A stretch of DNA of 64,000 nucleotides, from NCBI GenBank assembly GCA_965214705.1, contig CBDCCI010000002.1, positions 1,760,001-1,824,000 on the forward strand. Reading direction: 5' to 3'. The notes under the pieces are model-generated. The model worked only from the letters and a program-made list of their open reading frames with translations. It had not been told where the DNA came from and did no database searches. Each line of letters starts with the position of its first letter. The first letter of the stretch is position 1. The position numbers and the translations under genes are program-made. Shown piece after piece: positions 50,475-60,692 of the stretch. The DNA is from Alphaproteobacteria bacterium. Its GTDB lineage: Bacteria > Pseudomonadota > Alphaproteobacteria > UBA828.

Positions 50475-50966
50475 ATGCCACAGCTCGAGATGGGGGACTA
50501 CGCGCCCCAGATCTTCTGGCTGGTCGTCACCTTCGTCGCGCTCATGGTGATCATGTGGTCCGTGGGCCTGCCGCGGATCCGCCGCGTCATCGAGGCGCGC
50601 GAATCGAAGATCAGCGACGACCTGGCCGAAGCCGAGAGCGCGAAGGGCAGGGCGGAAGCCGCGCTCAAGGCCTACGAGGAGGCGCTGGCAGAGGCGCGCT
50701 CCAAGGCCCACGGCGTGCTCGCCGAGACCCAGGCGAAGCTCTCGGCGGAGGCGGACGCGCTGCGCGCGGAGCTCGACGCCGACCTCGCGGCTAAGGCGGC
50801 AGAGGCGGAGGCGCGCATCCAGGAGACGCGCGCCCAGGCGCTCGCCAGCCTGCGCGACGTGGCGGGAGACGTGGCCCGTGCCGCGACCGAGCGGCTGGTC
50901 GGCACCGCACCCTCCGAGGCCGCCGCCCGTGCCGCGGTGGAAGCCAGCATGGGCGAGGGGCGCTGA
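50475..50966 (+). CDS. F0 ATP synthase subunit b'
   Basis: MPQL...Y.PQIFWL, LPRI...E.R...I..DL. Confidence 0.93.
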   Translation: MPQLEMGDYAPQIFWLVVTFVALMVIMWSVGLPRIRRVIEARESKISDDLAEAESAKGRAEAALKAYEEALAEARSKAHGVLAETQAKLSAEADALRAELDADLAAKAAEAEARIQETRAQALASLRDVAGDVARAATERLVGTAPSEAAARAAVEASMGEGR

Positions 50967-50969
50967 GCC

Positions 50970-51527
50970 ATGAAGAGGATGGTCCGCAAGCCCGAGTTCT
51001 GGGTCATCGTCGCCGCCTGCGTCTTCGTCGTCGTCGGCAGCCAGATCACCGAGTCGGCAAACTTCTGGATCCTGATCGCCTTCATCACCTTTTTCGGCGC
51101 CTTCGGCCGTGCGGCCTACAAGAAGGTGACCGAGATCCTCGACAAGCGGGCGGAGCGGATCAAGAACGAGCTCGACGAGGCGGCGGCGCTCCGTGCCGAG
51201 GCCCAGGCGCTGCTGGCGGAGCACGAGCGCAAGCGCCAGGAGGCCGAGGAAGAGGCGCGCCAGATGGTCGAGCACGCTAAGGCGGAGGCCGAGCGCCACG
51301 CGGCCGAGGCGCGCGCCGCGCTCGAGGAGACCATGAAGCGCCGCGCCGCGCTCGCCGAGCAGCGTATCGCCCGCGCCGAGGAAGAGGCGATGCGGGAGGT
51401 GCGCCAGACCGCCGCTGTGCTGGCCATCGAGGCCGCGCGCCGTCTCATGAGCGAGACGATCGACGAAGACCGCGCCAACCGCATGATCGAGGAATCGATC
51501 CAAGAGGTCCGCGACCGGCTGAACTGA
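50970..51527 (+). CDS. atpF: F0 ATP synthase subunit b (two N-terminal hydrophobic segments)
   Basis: FW..IAF..F, LDKRAERI..EL.EA..LR.EAQ, AEQRIA.AE. Confidence 0.93.
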   Translation: MKRMVRKPEFWVIVAACVFVVVGSQITESANFWILIAFITFFGAFGRAAYKKVTEILDKRAERIKNELDEAAALRAEAQALLAEHERKRQEAEEEARQMVEHAKAEAERHAAEARAALEETMKRRAALAEQRIARAEEEAMREVRQTAAVLAIEAARRLMSETIDEDRANRMIEESIQEVRDRLN

Positions 51528-51584
51528 CCCACGCGCCGGGCAGTATAATGACCGCGCCACGGGCGCGGCGCGGGAGGCGCGACT

Positions 51585-52772
51585 GTGTACAAGGGCATGT
51601 ACGCGTACCCCTGGGACCTGGTGGACGAGGGGATCGGTGTCGCAACGGGCCGGATGCGCGACTGCGGCATCAACACGGTCACCCTCGCTGCGAGCTACCA
51701 TGCCGGCAAGTTCCTGCGCCCCCACTCCCCGGCGGGGAAGGTCTACTTTCCCGAAGACGGCACCGTCTACGTGCGACCGCGCGCCGGGCGCTACGGCGCC
51801 ATCAAGCCGATCCAGAGCAAACTCGCCGGCGAGCGCGACGTCTTCGCCGAGCTTGCGGCGGAGGCGCCCGACATGGGGCGCGTCGCCTGGACCGTGTGCC
51901 TGCACAACACGCCGCTCGGCATGCGCCACCCGGAGCTCACGGTGCGCAACTGCTACGGCGATTCCTACGTCTACAGCCTGTGCCCGGCTTACGAGGAGGT
52001 GCGCCGCTACGTTGTGACGCTCTTCGTCGACATGGCCGAGCGCTACGAGCTCGACGGACTGGCGCTGGAGACCCCCGGATTTCTGCCCTTTGATCACGGC
52101 TTCCACCACGAGTTCTTCCTGCTGCCGATGAACCGCTGGGCCGGCTGGCTACTCGGGCTCTGCTTCTCCGAGGGCACCATCGCCGCGGCTGAGGCGCGTG
52201 GGATCGATGCCGAGCGGCTGCGCTGGCAGGCGTGCGCGGCGCTCGACGGGTTCTTCGCGCGGCCGGAGCCGGTGCCGGACCTCATCGCCGCCGAGTGGTG
52301 GATCGCGGACCTAATCGCGGATCCCGAGTGGGCGGTATTCCTGAGCTGGCGCTGCCAGCTGGTGGCGGACCTGGTGGCCGAGGTCCGTGCGGCGCTGCCG
52401 GAGGAAACTTCGCTCGCGGTGATCCCGACCGTGCAGCGGCCGACGGCGGCGGCCTGGTCGGAAGGGACCGATCTGCGCCTGCTGGCCGAGGCGGCGGATA
52501 CGCTGGAGGTCCCGGCCTATGAGGCGAGCGCGGCGGCCGTCGCATTGGACGCCGGTGACGTGCGCCGCCGGGCGGGCGCGGGAGCGCGGATCAGTTACAT
52601 CCTGCGCCCGGCTCACCCCGACCTCGCGAACGGGGCGGAGACCGCTGCCGCCGTGCGTGGGCTCAAGGCAGGCGGGCTTCAAGGAATCGCGTTCTACAAC
52701 TACGGCCACGTCGCGCTCAGCGCGCTCGAGCGGGTGCGCGAAGCGCTGGCCGTGCTGGAGGAGGCGACATGA
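51585..52772 (+). CDS. Hypothetical protein, probable glycoside-hydrolase-like TIM barrel
   Basis: Y.YPWD, LAASYH, W.V.LHN, LCP, DG..LE, FYNYG; fold is inferred. Confidence 0.7.
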   Translation: MYKGMYAYPWDLVDEGIGVATGRMRDCGINTVTLAASYHAGKFLRPHSPAGKVYFPEDGTVYVRPRAGRYGAIKPIQSKLAGERDVFAELAAEAPDMGRVAWTVCLHNTPLGMRHPELTVRNCYGDSYVYSLCPAYEEVRRYVVTLFVDMAERYELDGLALETPGFLPFDHGFHHEFFLLPMNRWAGWLLGLCFSEGTIAAAEARGIDAERLRWQACAALDGFFARPEPVPDLIAAEWWIADLIADPEWAVFLSWRCQLVADLVAEVRAALPEETSLAVIPTVQRPTAAAWSEGTDLRLLAEAADTLEVPAYEASAAAVALDAGDVRRRAGAGARISYILRPAHPDLANGAETAAAVRGLKAGGLQGIAFYNYGHVALSALERVREALAVLEEAT

Positions 52773-53560
52773 TGCGCTTCGAGGGGAAGGCGGCGTTGGT
52801 GACCGGCGGGGGCGGCGGCATCGGCAGCGCCATCGCGCTGCGGCTGGCGGAGGAGGGCGCCGCGGTCGGCGTGCTCGACCGGCGGGGCGACGCGGCGAAG
52901 GCTGTAGCCGCGCAGGTGGAGGCGGCGGGAGGGCGCGCGCTGGCGCTCACGGCCGAGATAACGGACCCCGATTCGGTCGCCGCCGCATTGGCACAGATGA
53001 CCGACGCCATCGGCGCGCCGGACGTGCTGATCAACAACGCGGCCTGGGCGCTCAAGGGCGATCTGGAAAGCACCGACCTCGCCGACTGGCGGGCGGAGGT
53101 CGGGATCGACCTGGACGGCCAGTTCGTCTGCGCCAAGGCCGTGCTGCCCGGCATGGTCGCGCGTGGCGCCGGCGCCATTGTCAACATCGGTTCGGTGAAC
53201 GGCCTGATGGCGCTCGGCAACCCCGCCTACAGCGCCGCCAAGGCCGGGCTGCTCAGCTTCACCCGCTCGCTTGCGGTGGAATACGGTTCCAAGGGCATCC
53301 GCGCCAACATGGTCTCGCCCGGCACGGTGGAAACGGATATCGAGACCTGGCGTATCCGGCGCGAGAAAAATCCTGGAATTTTCGATCAGCTTGCGCGCTG
53401 GTATCCCGTCGGGCGCGTGGGCCAGCCGGAGGATATCGCCGCAGCCGTGGCCTTCGTCGCGGCCGACGAAGCGGGCTTCGTCAATGGCGCCAACCTGGTG
53501 GTCGACGGTGGCCTGACCGCCGGGCTTCCGGTGATGATTGAGGAGCTGATCCTGGAATAG
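52769..53560 (+). CDS. SDR family oxidoreductase
   Basis: TGGGGGIG, NNA, YSAAK, IRAN..PG. Confidence 0.95.
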   Translation: MMRFEGKAALVTGGGGGIGSAIALRLAEEGAAVGVLDRRGDAAKAVAAQVEAAGGRALALTAEITDPDSVAAALAQMTDAIGAPDVLINNAAWALKGDLESTDLADWRAEVGIDLDGQFVCAKAVLPGMVARGAGAIVNIGSVNGLMALGNPAYSAAKAGLLSFTRSLAVEYGSKGIRANMVSPGTVETDIETWRIRREKNPGIFDQLARWYPVGRVGQPEDIAAAVAFVAADEAGFVNGANLVVDGGLTAGLPVMIEELILE

Positions 53561-53669
53561 ACGCATCCCCAACCGACCTTTCCCTCGCTGCACAAACAGG
53601 CTCCCTTGCTCAGGCTTCCGGCCTGCCCTACTAGTGGACGGAGGCATTCAATTCGTGAGGTGGATATCC

Positions 53670-54077
53670 ATGTCCGAGACGCTCTCTGGTGGCTGCCTCT
53701 GCGGCGACGTGCGCTACCAGGTCCAAGGCGAGCCGGTGTACGTCTTCCATTGCCATTGCTCGATGTGCCGCCGGGCGGGTGGCACTGCGTTCCAGACATG
53801 GGCGGGCTTCGGAGACGATGCCCTCACGGTTACGCAGGGAACGACGGAACGCTACAAATCGTCGTCGTTTGCGACCCGGCGTTTCTGCGGACGCTGTGGG
53901 GGACAGTTATTCTACAATTACACCTCGGGGCAGAGCCCGTCGGTGTGGGTCACGGTGGGAACGCTTGACCACCCGGAGTCGATGACACCCCAACGCCACG
54001 TATTTGAGGGGGACCGCGTGCCGTGGGTGCACATGGAAGACGGGCTGCCAAGGACCGAAGGGGACCCGGAACTCTAG
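53670..54077 (+). CDS. GFA family protein
   Basis: GGCLCG, CHCSMCRR, FCGRCG. Confidence 0.93.
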   Translation: MSETLSGGCLCGDVRYQVQGEPVYVFHCHCSMCRRAGGTAFQTWAGFGDDALTVTQGTTERYKSSSFATRRFCGRCGGQLFYNYTSGQSPSVWVTVGTLDHPESMTPQRHVFEGDRVPWVHMEDGLPRTEGDPEL

Positions 54078-54110
54078 CGGGCGGCGCGGTCAGAAACGGC
54101 GGCGGACGTA

Positions 54111-55142
54111 GTGCAAGACTTTCTCGATTCGACCGACTTGATGGGCAATGGGCCGGCGCTGGCCGAACGGCTCAGGCGCGACGGCTATCTCTTCCTGCGC
54201 GGATTATTGCCTCGCGAGGCCGTGCTCGCGGTTCGCCGACGCCTTTTGGAAAAAGCGGCGGCGGGGGGCTGGCTCGACCCGGCGCACTCGATCGAGGAGG
54301 GCATTGCCAACCCGGATGCGGCCTGCAAGGACCCCGAGGAACGCTACATGGCGGTGTTCCGCGGCATCTGGGCCGACGAGGCGCTGCACCGGCTCCGGAC
54401 CCATCCGGCAGTGCTGGCGCTCTTCGAAGGCATCTTCGGCGAGCCCGCGCTCGCGCATCCCATGTTCGTCCAGCGCAACATCTTCCCGCAAAGCGAGAGC
54501 TTCGACTTCACCACGGGCGAGCATCAGGACAAGGTCCATATCGGCGGCGCAACCAATCACGCGATGTGGGTCCCGTTGGGCGATTGCCCGAGAGAGAAGG
54601 GGTCGCTGGCGGTCGCGGCCGGTTCGCACCTGGCGGGCGTGCTGGACACGAAGGTCGGCAGCGGTGCCGGTGGCATGGACATCTGTGTGCCGATCCCTGG
54701 TCGATGGGTGAGCGGCTCCTTCGAGGCAGGAGATGTGCTGATTTTTTCGGATACCACCGTGCATCGCGCGCTGCCCAATCGCTCGGCTGAGTTGCGGCAG
54801 TCCTTCGATGCCCGTTACCAGCCCGCAAGCCAGCCTGTAGCCGAGACCAACATGGTCCCGTATTCCGGTTGTGGGACCTGGGAAGAGGTCTATACGGGCT
54901 GGTCCTCCGACGACGAGAAGTATTACTGGACGGCGCTCTCCCCCCATGTCGTGCCGCTCGACCGCAGCTATTACGAGCGTCGTGACCAGATGGCGTTCGA
55001 GATGGCGGAGAGCGGCGACATCACGGCGCGCGATACGCTGCTGCGCATCGCCCAGCGCGATCCGAACGAGGAGAAGCGGCAGCGCGCGGAACACCTGCTG
55101 CGCCGTCTCGACGAAAAGGAAATCCCCGCCATCTCAGCGTGA
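54111..55142 (+). CDS. PhyH-family Fe(II)/2-oxoglutarate dioxygenase
   Basis: DGYLFLRG, HQD, WVPLGD, GDVLIF....H..LPN....R.S.D.RY. Confidence 0.92.
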   Translation: MQDFLDSTDLMGNGPALAERLRRDGYLFLRGLLPREAVLAVRRRLLEKAAAGGWLDPAHSIEEGIANPDAACKDPEERYMAVFRGIWADEALHRLRTHPAVLALFEGIFGEPALAHPMFVQRNIFPQSESFDFTTGEHQDKVHIGGATNHAMWVPLGDCPREKGSLAVAAGSHLAGVLDTKVGSGAGGMDICVPIPGRWVSGSFEAGDVLIFSDTTVHRALPNRSAELRQSFDARYQPASQPVAETNMVPYSGCGTWEEVYTGWSSDDEKYYWTALSPHVVPLDRSYYERRDQMAFEMAESGDITARDTLLRIAQRDPNEEKRQRAEHLLRRLDEKEIPAISA

Positions 55143-55184
55143 TGGCGGGGATTCCTAACTCGAGAACTTTACTGTGATAGCGGC

Positions 55185-57188
55185 CTATTCGGCGGCTTGG
55201 TCGAGCTCCGCGATGGCGTCGTTCCAGTGGGCGGCCGAGCGCTTCTTCATCATCGTGCGGAACTCGGCGGTGGTCTTGGGGAAGTACTCGCCGGTGCCCC
55301 AGTCCACGATGACGCCGTAGCGGCGCACCATGTCGAACTCGTCGAGCTCGCCATTGCGGTAGCGCTCGGCGACGGTAGCGCCGTCCTCCTCGAGCCAACT
55401 GCGCCGGGCCTTGGCGATGGCCGCACGCTCGGTGCGCGTGGCCTCGACGTCCACCTCGTAGCTCGCGAGGTCCAGATCGATGACCTTGAGCACGACGCCG
55501 TAGTCCTTGCGCGCGCGCTCGATCGAGACGTAGTCGTCCTCCACGTCGCGCATCACCAGGGCCGGGTCGCGCTCGAGTGGGTCGCCCAGGCCGCCGCCGC
55601 CGGCGGTGGGCCGCGAGAAGATGTCGCCGGACTCGATGGGTACGTCAGAGAAGATCGAGCCGAGCCACTCGCGCTCGTTCTTGCCCTTGCGCTGGATGTA
55701 GAGGCCGTGGGGCATGGACGGCAGGCCGCCCTTGATGCCCCAGACGATCGCGCGCTCGCGGTCGCAGATGTAGGAGATGACGGTGCTCTCGGCGTCTTGC
55801 AGCGTGCTGGTCTTGACCACGCCGGCGCCGCCCCGCCACTTGCCGGGGCCGGGGGAATCCGTGTTGATCTGGTACTCGTTGGCGATGATCGGGCAGAGCC
55901 GCTCCTGGCCCTCCACCGGTTGGGTCATCAGGCCGGTGCCGAAGCAGGCGGTGGTGACGTTGCAGCCGTCCTTGCCGTTGCGCCCGCCCCAGCCGCCGGG
56001 CAGCCAGTCGTAGAACATGAAGATGTTGCGGTCCTCGGTGCGCAGGTCGCGGCCGCCGGTGAGCAGGTATTCCAGGTTGAAGGCGCAGGCGATGGCGCGC
56101 TCGGGCATGATGTCGGACCAGATCTCGTAGATCGAGTTCATGATCTTCTCGAACGGCATCAGGAAGCCCGTCACCGCGACCGGCCACTTGGCGTCAACGA
56201 TGGAGTTCTCGGGCGCGATCACGTTGATCGGCCGGTAGAAGCCGGAATTGAGCGGGAGATCGGGGAAGTAGGTCTTCATGCCGGCGACCACGGCGGAGAA
56301 GGTGCCGCCGAAGGCCGAGTTGTAGAGCGTGCTGATGGTGTCGTGGCTGCCGGTGAAGTCGTAGGTGACCTCGTCGCCCTTGATGGTGAGCTTCACCTTG
56401 ATCGGGATCATGCCCTCGCCGAGGGCCGGGTCGCGGTCGATGTAGTCGACGTTCTCCCAGGTGCCGTCGGGGAGCTCGGAGATGCGCTGGCGGGTGGCGA
56501 GCTCGACGTAGTCCTGCACCTCCTTGCAGCCGGTGACAACGGTGTCCTTGCCGTACTTCTCCACCAGCCGCAGGATTTCGCGCTCGGCGACGCGGGTGGC
56601 CTCGGCCTGCGCGTTCATGTCGCCGATGATGGATTCCGGATCGCGGGTGTTGGCGGCGATCATCTCGGCGAAGTCGTGGCGCCACTTGCCCGCATCGATG
56701 AGTCGGGTGGGGGTGATGCGGATGCCCTCGCGGAACATCTCCTTGGCGAGCACGTCGAAGGAGCCGGGCGTGGAGCCGCCGACATCGGACCAGTGACCGT
56801 TGGACTGGGCGAAGGCGATGATCTCGTCGCCCACGAACACCGGGCGGATGATGCGCACGTCGTTAAAGTGGGTGCCGCCGGCGTAGGGGTCGTTGGTCAT
56901 GAACACGTCGCCCGGCCGCATGTCGTCCTTGAAGGTGTCGATGACCGCCTTGCAGGTGTAGTGCAGCGTGCCGACGTGGACCGCGATGTCCATGTTGCCC
57001 TGGGCGATGGAATCGCCGTTGGCGTCGTTCAGCGCGGAGGAAAAGTCGCGGTTGTAGATGACGAAGGAATAGCAGGTCCGGAGGATCTGCTCCGCCATCT
57101 GATCGACGGTCGTGATGAACGAGTTCTTCAGGACCTCGAAGGTGACGGGATCGAGCGTGATGCCGCTGCCGTTCTTGCTCATCTTCAT
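55185..57188 (-). CDS. Hydantoinase B/oxoprolinase family protein
   Basis: DP.T.EV, RDFS, NDPY.GGTH.ND, HWSDVGG, GGGGLGDP; ATGA overlap with the upstream gene. Confidence 0.95.
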   Translation of the reverse strand: MKMSKNGSGITLDPVTFEVLKNSFITTVDQMAEQILRTCYSFVIYNRDFSSALNDANGDSIAQGNMDIAVHVGTLHYTCKAVIDTFKDDMRPGDVFMTNDPYAGGTHFNDVRIIRPVFVGDEIIAFAQSNGHWSDVGGSTPGSFDVLAKEMFREGIRITPTRLIDAGKWRHDFAEMIAANTRDPESIIGDMNAQAEATRVAEREILRLVEKYGKDTVVTGCKEVQDYVELATRQRISELPDGTWENVDYIDRDPALGEGMIPIKVKLTIKGDEVTYDFTGSHDTISTLYNSAFGGTFSAVVAGMKTYFPDLPLNSGFYRPINVIAPENSIVDAKWPVAVTGFLMPFEKIMNSIYEIWSDIMPERAIACAFNLEYLLTGGRDLRTEDRNIFMFYDWLPGGWGGRNGKDGCNVTTACFGTGLMTQPVEGQERLCPIIANEYQINTDSPGPGKWRGGAGVVKTSTLQDAESTVISYICDRERAIVWGIKGGLPSMPHGLYIQRKGKNEREWLGSIFSDVPIESGDIFSRPTAGGGGLGDPLERDPALVMRDVEDDYVSIERARKDYGVVLKVIDLDLASYEVDVEATRTERAAIAKARRSWLEEDGATVAERYRNGELDEFDMVRRYGVIVDWGTGEYFPKTTAEFRTMMKKRSAAHWNDAIAELDQAAE

Positions 57189-59221
57189 GCCTCCGCTACG
57201 TGGATTCGAATGTTGAGCCATTCGTCCACTTCTGCGCGTACGCCGGGCGGGATGACGGTCGTCGAATCGAGCTGCTCGACGATGGCCGGCCCCTCGATGG
57301 TCACACCCGCCGGAAGCCCTTCGTGGGAGTATATCGGGGTCTCGAGGGCGCCCTCAACCTCGTCGAAATCGACCATGCGCGAGGAGTCCGCCACGGCCTT
57401 GGCTCCGTTCGCCGTATGGCTCATCAGCTCGGCCTTGGGCACCGTGCCGATGGCCGTGACGCTGAGGCGGAAAAGCTCGACCGGCGTGTCGTCGCGGCGG
57501 AAGGCGTATTCGCGGTCGTGGTCCGCGTGGAAGGCGGCGACCGCCTCGGGCACCGACGTGAAGGGCGAGGCCACCGGCACCTGGAGCGAGCGCCACTGGC
57601 CCTGGTACATCATGTCGATGCTGCGCTGCAGGACCATGTCGGCCTCCGCAACGCCTTCCTTCACCAGCCGGCGGTGCGCCTCCGCCTCCATCTCACCGAA
57701 GCGGGCCTCGATATCGGCCGGGTCGGCCTCGGCGGCGAGCGCGAGGTACGTCTGCGAGAGGTCGTGGCGCACGTCCACGAGCAGACAGCCCAGCGCCGAG
57801 GTGACGCCCGGATTGGGCGGCACGATCACGGTCGGGATGGAGAGTTCCTTGGCAAGCGCCACGCCGTGCAGTGCGCCCGCGCCACCGAAGGCGACGAGCG
57901 CGAAGTCGCGCGGATCGTAGCCCCGGCTGATGGAGATGAGCCTGACGGCGTCCGCCATGTTGGCGTTGGCGACGCTGACGATGGCCTTGGCGGCGGTGAC
58001 GGGGTCCATGCCGAGCGGCTCGGCGACGGCGGTGCGCACGGCTTCTTCCGAGGCCGTCTTGTCGAGCTCGATCTGCCCACCCGCGAGCGAGGTGCCGAGC
58101 CGGCCGAGGGCCAGGTTCGCATCGGTGTTGGTGGGCGTGGTGTTGCCGCGCCCGTAGCAGGCCGGGCCGGGATCGGCGCCCGCCGACTGCGGCCCGTTGT
58201 GCAGCGAGCCGGCATCGTCGATCCAGGCGAGTGAGCCGCCGCCCGCGCCGATGGTCAGCACCTCGATGCTGGGGAAGCGGATCGGGTAGCCGAACTCGAT
58301 GTGCCAGTCCTTGGTGACGCGGGATTCGCCGCCGAAGACCAGCGAGACGTCGCAGCTGGTGCCGCCCATGTCCAGGCCGATGGAGTTCTCGTAACCGCAG
58401 AGCATGGCGATGTGGCGGCTCGCGATGGCGCCGGCGGCGATGCCGGAGCCGGCGAGGCGGCCCGCGAACTGGCCGGCAGTCGCGGGCGTCATCACGCCGC
58501 CGCCTGAGTGCAGCATCAAGAGGTCGCTGGCGTAGCCGCCCTGCTGCAGCGCGTCGTTCATGCGCTTCACGTAGCCGCCGACGACCGGGCTCAGGATCGC
58601 GTTCACGACGGTGGTGGAGAAGCGCTCGTGCTCGAAGATCTCGGGCAGGGTCTCGGAGGACGTGGTGATCTCCACGCCCGGCAGCTCCTCCTGCAGGATC
58701 TCCTTCATGCGCGCTTCGTGCTGCGGGTTGATGAAGGAGTTCATGAAGCAGACGGCGACGGCCTCCACGCCGCGCTTGCGCAGGATTCTGGCTTTCTCGC
58801 GCGCGTCCGTCTCGTCCAGCGGGGTGGCGACCCTACCGCCGTGATCGATGCGCTCGCGCACGGTGAGCCGGTCGCGGCGCCGGATATAGGGCTGGGCCAC
58901 GTCGTTGTAGGTGTCCCAGAGGTCCTCCTTGTTGGAGCGCCTGATCTCGATCACGTCGCGATAGCCCTCGGTGCAGATCATCGCGGCGGGCGGCAGCCGG
59001 CGCGTGATGAGCGCGTTGGTGGCGACGGTGGTGCCGTGGGAGAAGAGGGTCACGTCCTTGAGCGAGACGCTCGCCTCGTCCAGCCCGCGCATGGCACCGA
59101 TCAAGGGGTCGTCGGGCGTCGATGCCGTCTTCGCGACCCTGAGCGCGCCTGAGTCCTCGTCGAGAATACAGATATCGGTGAACGTGCCGCCGATATCGAC
59201 CGCTACCCTGAGCTTCGTCAC
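57185..59221 (-). CDS. Hydantoinase A/oxoprolinase family protein
   Basis: DIGGTFTD, HGTTVATN, DMGGTS.D, GAGGGS, FGGAG.LH; GTG start after GGGAGGA. Confidence 0.95.
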   Translation of the reverse strand: MTKLRVAVDIGGTFTDICILDEDSGALRVAKTASTPDDPLIGAMRGLDEASVSLKDVTLFSHGTTVATNALITRRLPPAAMICTEGYRDVIEIRRSNKEDLWDTYNDVAQPYIRRRDRLTVRERIDHGGRVATPLDETDAREKARILRKRGVEAVAVCFMNSFINPQHEARMKEILQEELPGVEITTSSETLPEIFEHERFSTTVVNAILSPVVGGYVKRMNDALQQGGYASDLLMLHSGGGVMTPATAGQFAGRLAGSGIAAGAIASRHIAMLCGYENSIGLDMGGTSCDVSLVFGGESRVTKDWHIEFGYPIRFPSIEVLTIGAGGGSLAWIDDAGSLHNGPQSAGADPGPACYGRGNTTPTNTDANLALGRLGTSLAGGQIELDKTASEEAVRTAVAEPLGMDPVTAAKAIVSVANANMADAVRLISISRGYDPRDFALVAFGGAGALHGVALAKELSIPTVIVPPNPGVTSALGCLLVDVRHDLSQTYLALAAEADPADIEARFGEMEAEAHRRLVKEGVAEADMVLQRSIDMMYQGQWRSLQVPVASPFTSVPEAVAAFHADHDREYAFRRDDTPVELFRLSVTAIGTVPKAELMSHTANGAKAVADSSRMVDFDEVEGALETPIYSHEGLPAGVTIEGPAIVEQLDSTTVIPPGVRAEVDEWLNIRIHVAEA

Positions 59222-59303
59222 GAAGTCCTCCCTTCCGCGCTCTACCTGTTGTCGCCGCCGCGCCGGGGGCGCCGCGGCCTCCCTGTCTCCTTTGGCCCCG
59301 GCC

Positions 59304-60023
59304 TTACCCCGTCGCAGATGCCTTGCTGTCGCGAAGGTCGAGCTCCGGCGGCAGAACGGTCCGCTCGTCGAGGATTGCCGCCTCCAGTTGCGCCGGCGTG
59401 AGGTTGCGCACCTCGCCCAGGTCGGCGCCGGAGAGATCGGCGTCCGCGAGAGCCACGCCACCAAAATAGGCGCTCCTCAGCGACGCATTGCGAAAGCTGG
59501 TGCCGGGGAACTCGGCGCCCACCAGCATGGCGCCTTCCAGGTTCGCCTGCTCGAAGCTGGCACGACCCGCCCAGGTGCCGTGCAGATCGGCGCGGGTCAG
59601 CGTCGCGTGCTCCAGGTGCGCGCGGCCGAGCCAGGCGCGCTGCAGGCTGGCCTCCACCAGTGAGGCGTGCTCCATGCGGGCATCGCCGAGGGCGGCGTCG
59701 GAGAGATCGGTCTTGTCCAGCACCGCGCGCTGCAGCGTGGAGCCGGCGAGGTCGGCGCGGTTCAGGTTGGCGCCCGTGAAGTCGGCTTCCGAGAGATCGG
59801 CGCCCGCGAAGTCGGCTCGGAAGAGGTTGGCGCCCGTGAAGCGCGCGCGGCGCAGGTCCGCACCGGGGAAGCGCACGTCGAAGAGTTCCATGCCGGAGAA
59901 GTCGGCGCGCGCGCCCTCCGCACCGTCGCTCTTGAGCCAGCGCGCGTGGTCCGCGCGCGCCTGCGCGATGGTGTCGAGGTCGGGCCTCTCGCCCGCCGCC
60001 GTGCCCCCAGCGGGGTTCGCCAT
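59304..60023 (-). CDS. Pentapeptide repeat protein
   Basis: Many A(D/N)(L/F)xx repeats after H..WL...G..G.RA. Confidence 0.93.
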   Translation of the reverse strand: MANPAGGTAAGERPDLDTIAQARADHARWLKSDGAEGARADFSGMELFDVRFPGADLRRARFTGANLFRADFAGADLSEADFTGANLNRADLAGSTLQRAVLDKTDLSDAALGDARMEHASLVEASLQRAWLGRAHLEHATLTRADLHGTWAGRASFEQANLEGAMLVGAEFPGTSFRNASLRSAYFGGVALADADLSGADLGEVRNLTPAQLEAAILDERTVLPPELDLRDSKASATG

Positions 60024-60172
60024 GGCGCACACTCCCTTGCCCCGCGCAGCCGCGTCCCGGCGCCGCACAGGGTCCCTTCGCCGATGGTGGCTATCCAATA
60101 GCGATAGAAGGCGTTTCGATCAATGGTGAAGGGGAAAGGGGAACCACATGGTTAGATGGATGGACGGGGCGA

Positions 60173-60514
60173 TCACCAAGCCCAGTATTGGTCGCGGAGG
60201 CGCTCAGTCACAGCCTTCTGGGACTCGTCGATCTCGCGGATGTCGGTTTGCTCGCGGGCCATCTCTTCAGCTGCGCTCAAATCGGACTGCACGTCGAGAT
60301 GCTCTGGCGCGTCCGGGGCTGCGAGCCTGAGCGGCGCAGGAGTCTCCGGCGCCTCGATGACGCCGACGGCGCGCAAGGCAATGCCGGGGTTCTGAAGCCG
60401 GGCGTGCAAGGCGGCGCGTGCGGCTTGCGTGTGCCTCTGCCACGCCGCCGCGAGGTGCTGGAGCCCGGCCAGGAACTCGAAGAACGACTGCACCTCGGCT
60501 TTTTGGGGTTGCAC
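60173..60514 (-). CDS. Hypothetical protein
   Basis: GTG start after GAGGAG; no recognised motif. Confidence 0.45.
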   Translation of the reverse strand: MQPQKAEVQSFFEFLAGLQHLAAAWQRHTQAARAALHARLQNPGIALRAVGVIEAPETPAPLRLAAPDAPEHLDVQSDLSAAEEMAREQTDIREIDESQKAVTERLRDQYWAW

Positions 60515-60692
60515 GACGCACTCCTCTGTCGGTCGGCGTGAGGTCTCGGCTTCGGTCTTCGCGGGCCACCGCGACCCGTAGGTGTCACCAAACCGCAATA
60601 TATAGGGGTGGGGCGGTGCGTCAACCGCTTTCACTGGTATTGCGGCCCAAGGGAAGGGTTCGAGACTGCGGGCCCGGTTTGGTGCGTGTGGT

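Noticed and set aside
59400-59900. Periodic 15/30-bp DNA repeats
   Set aside because: Explained by the pentapeptide-repeat protein.
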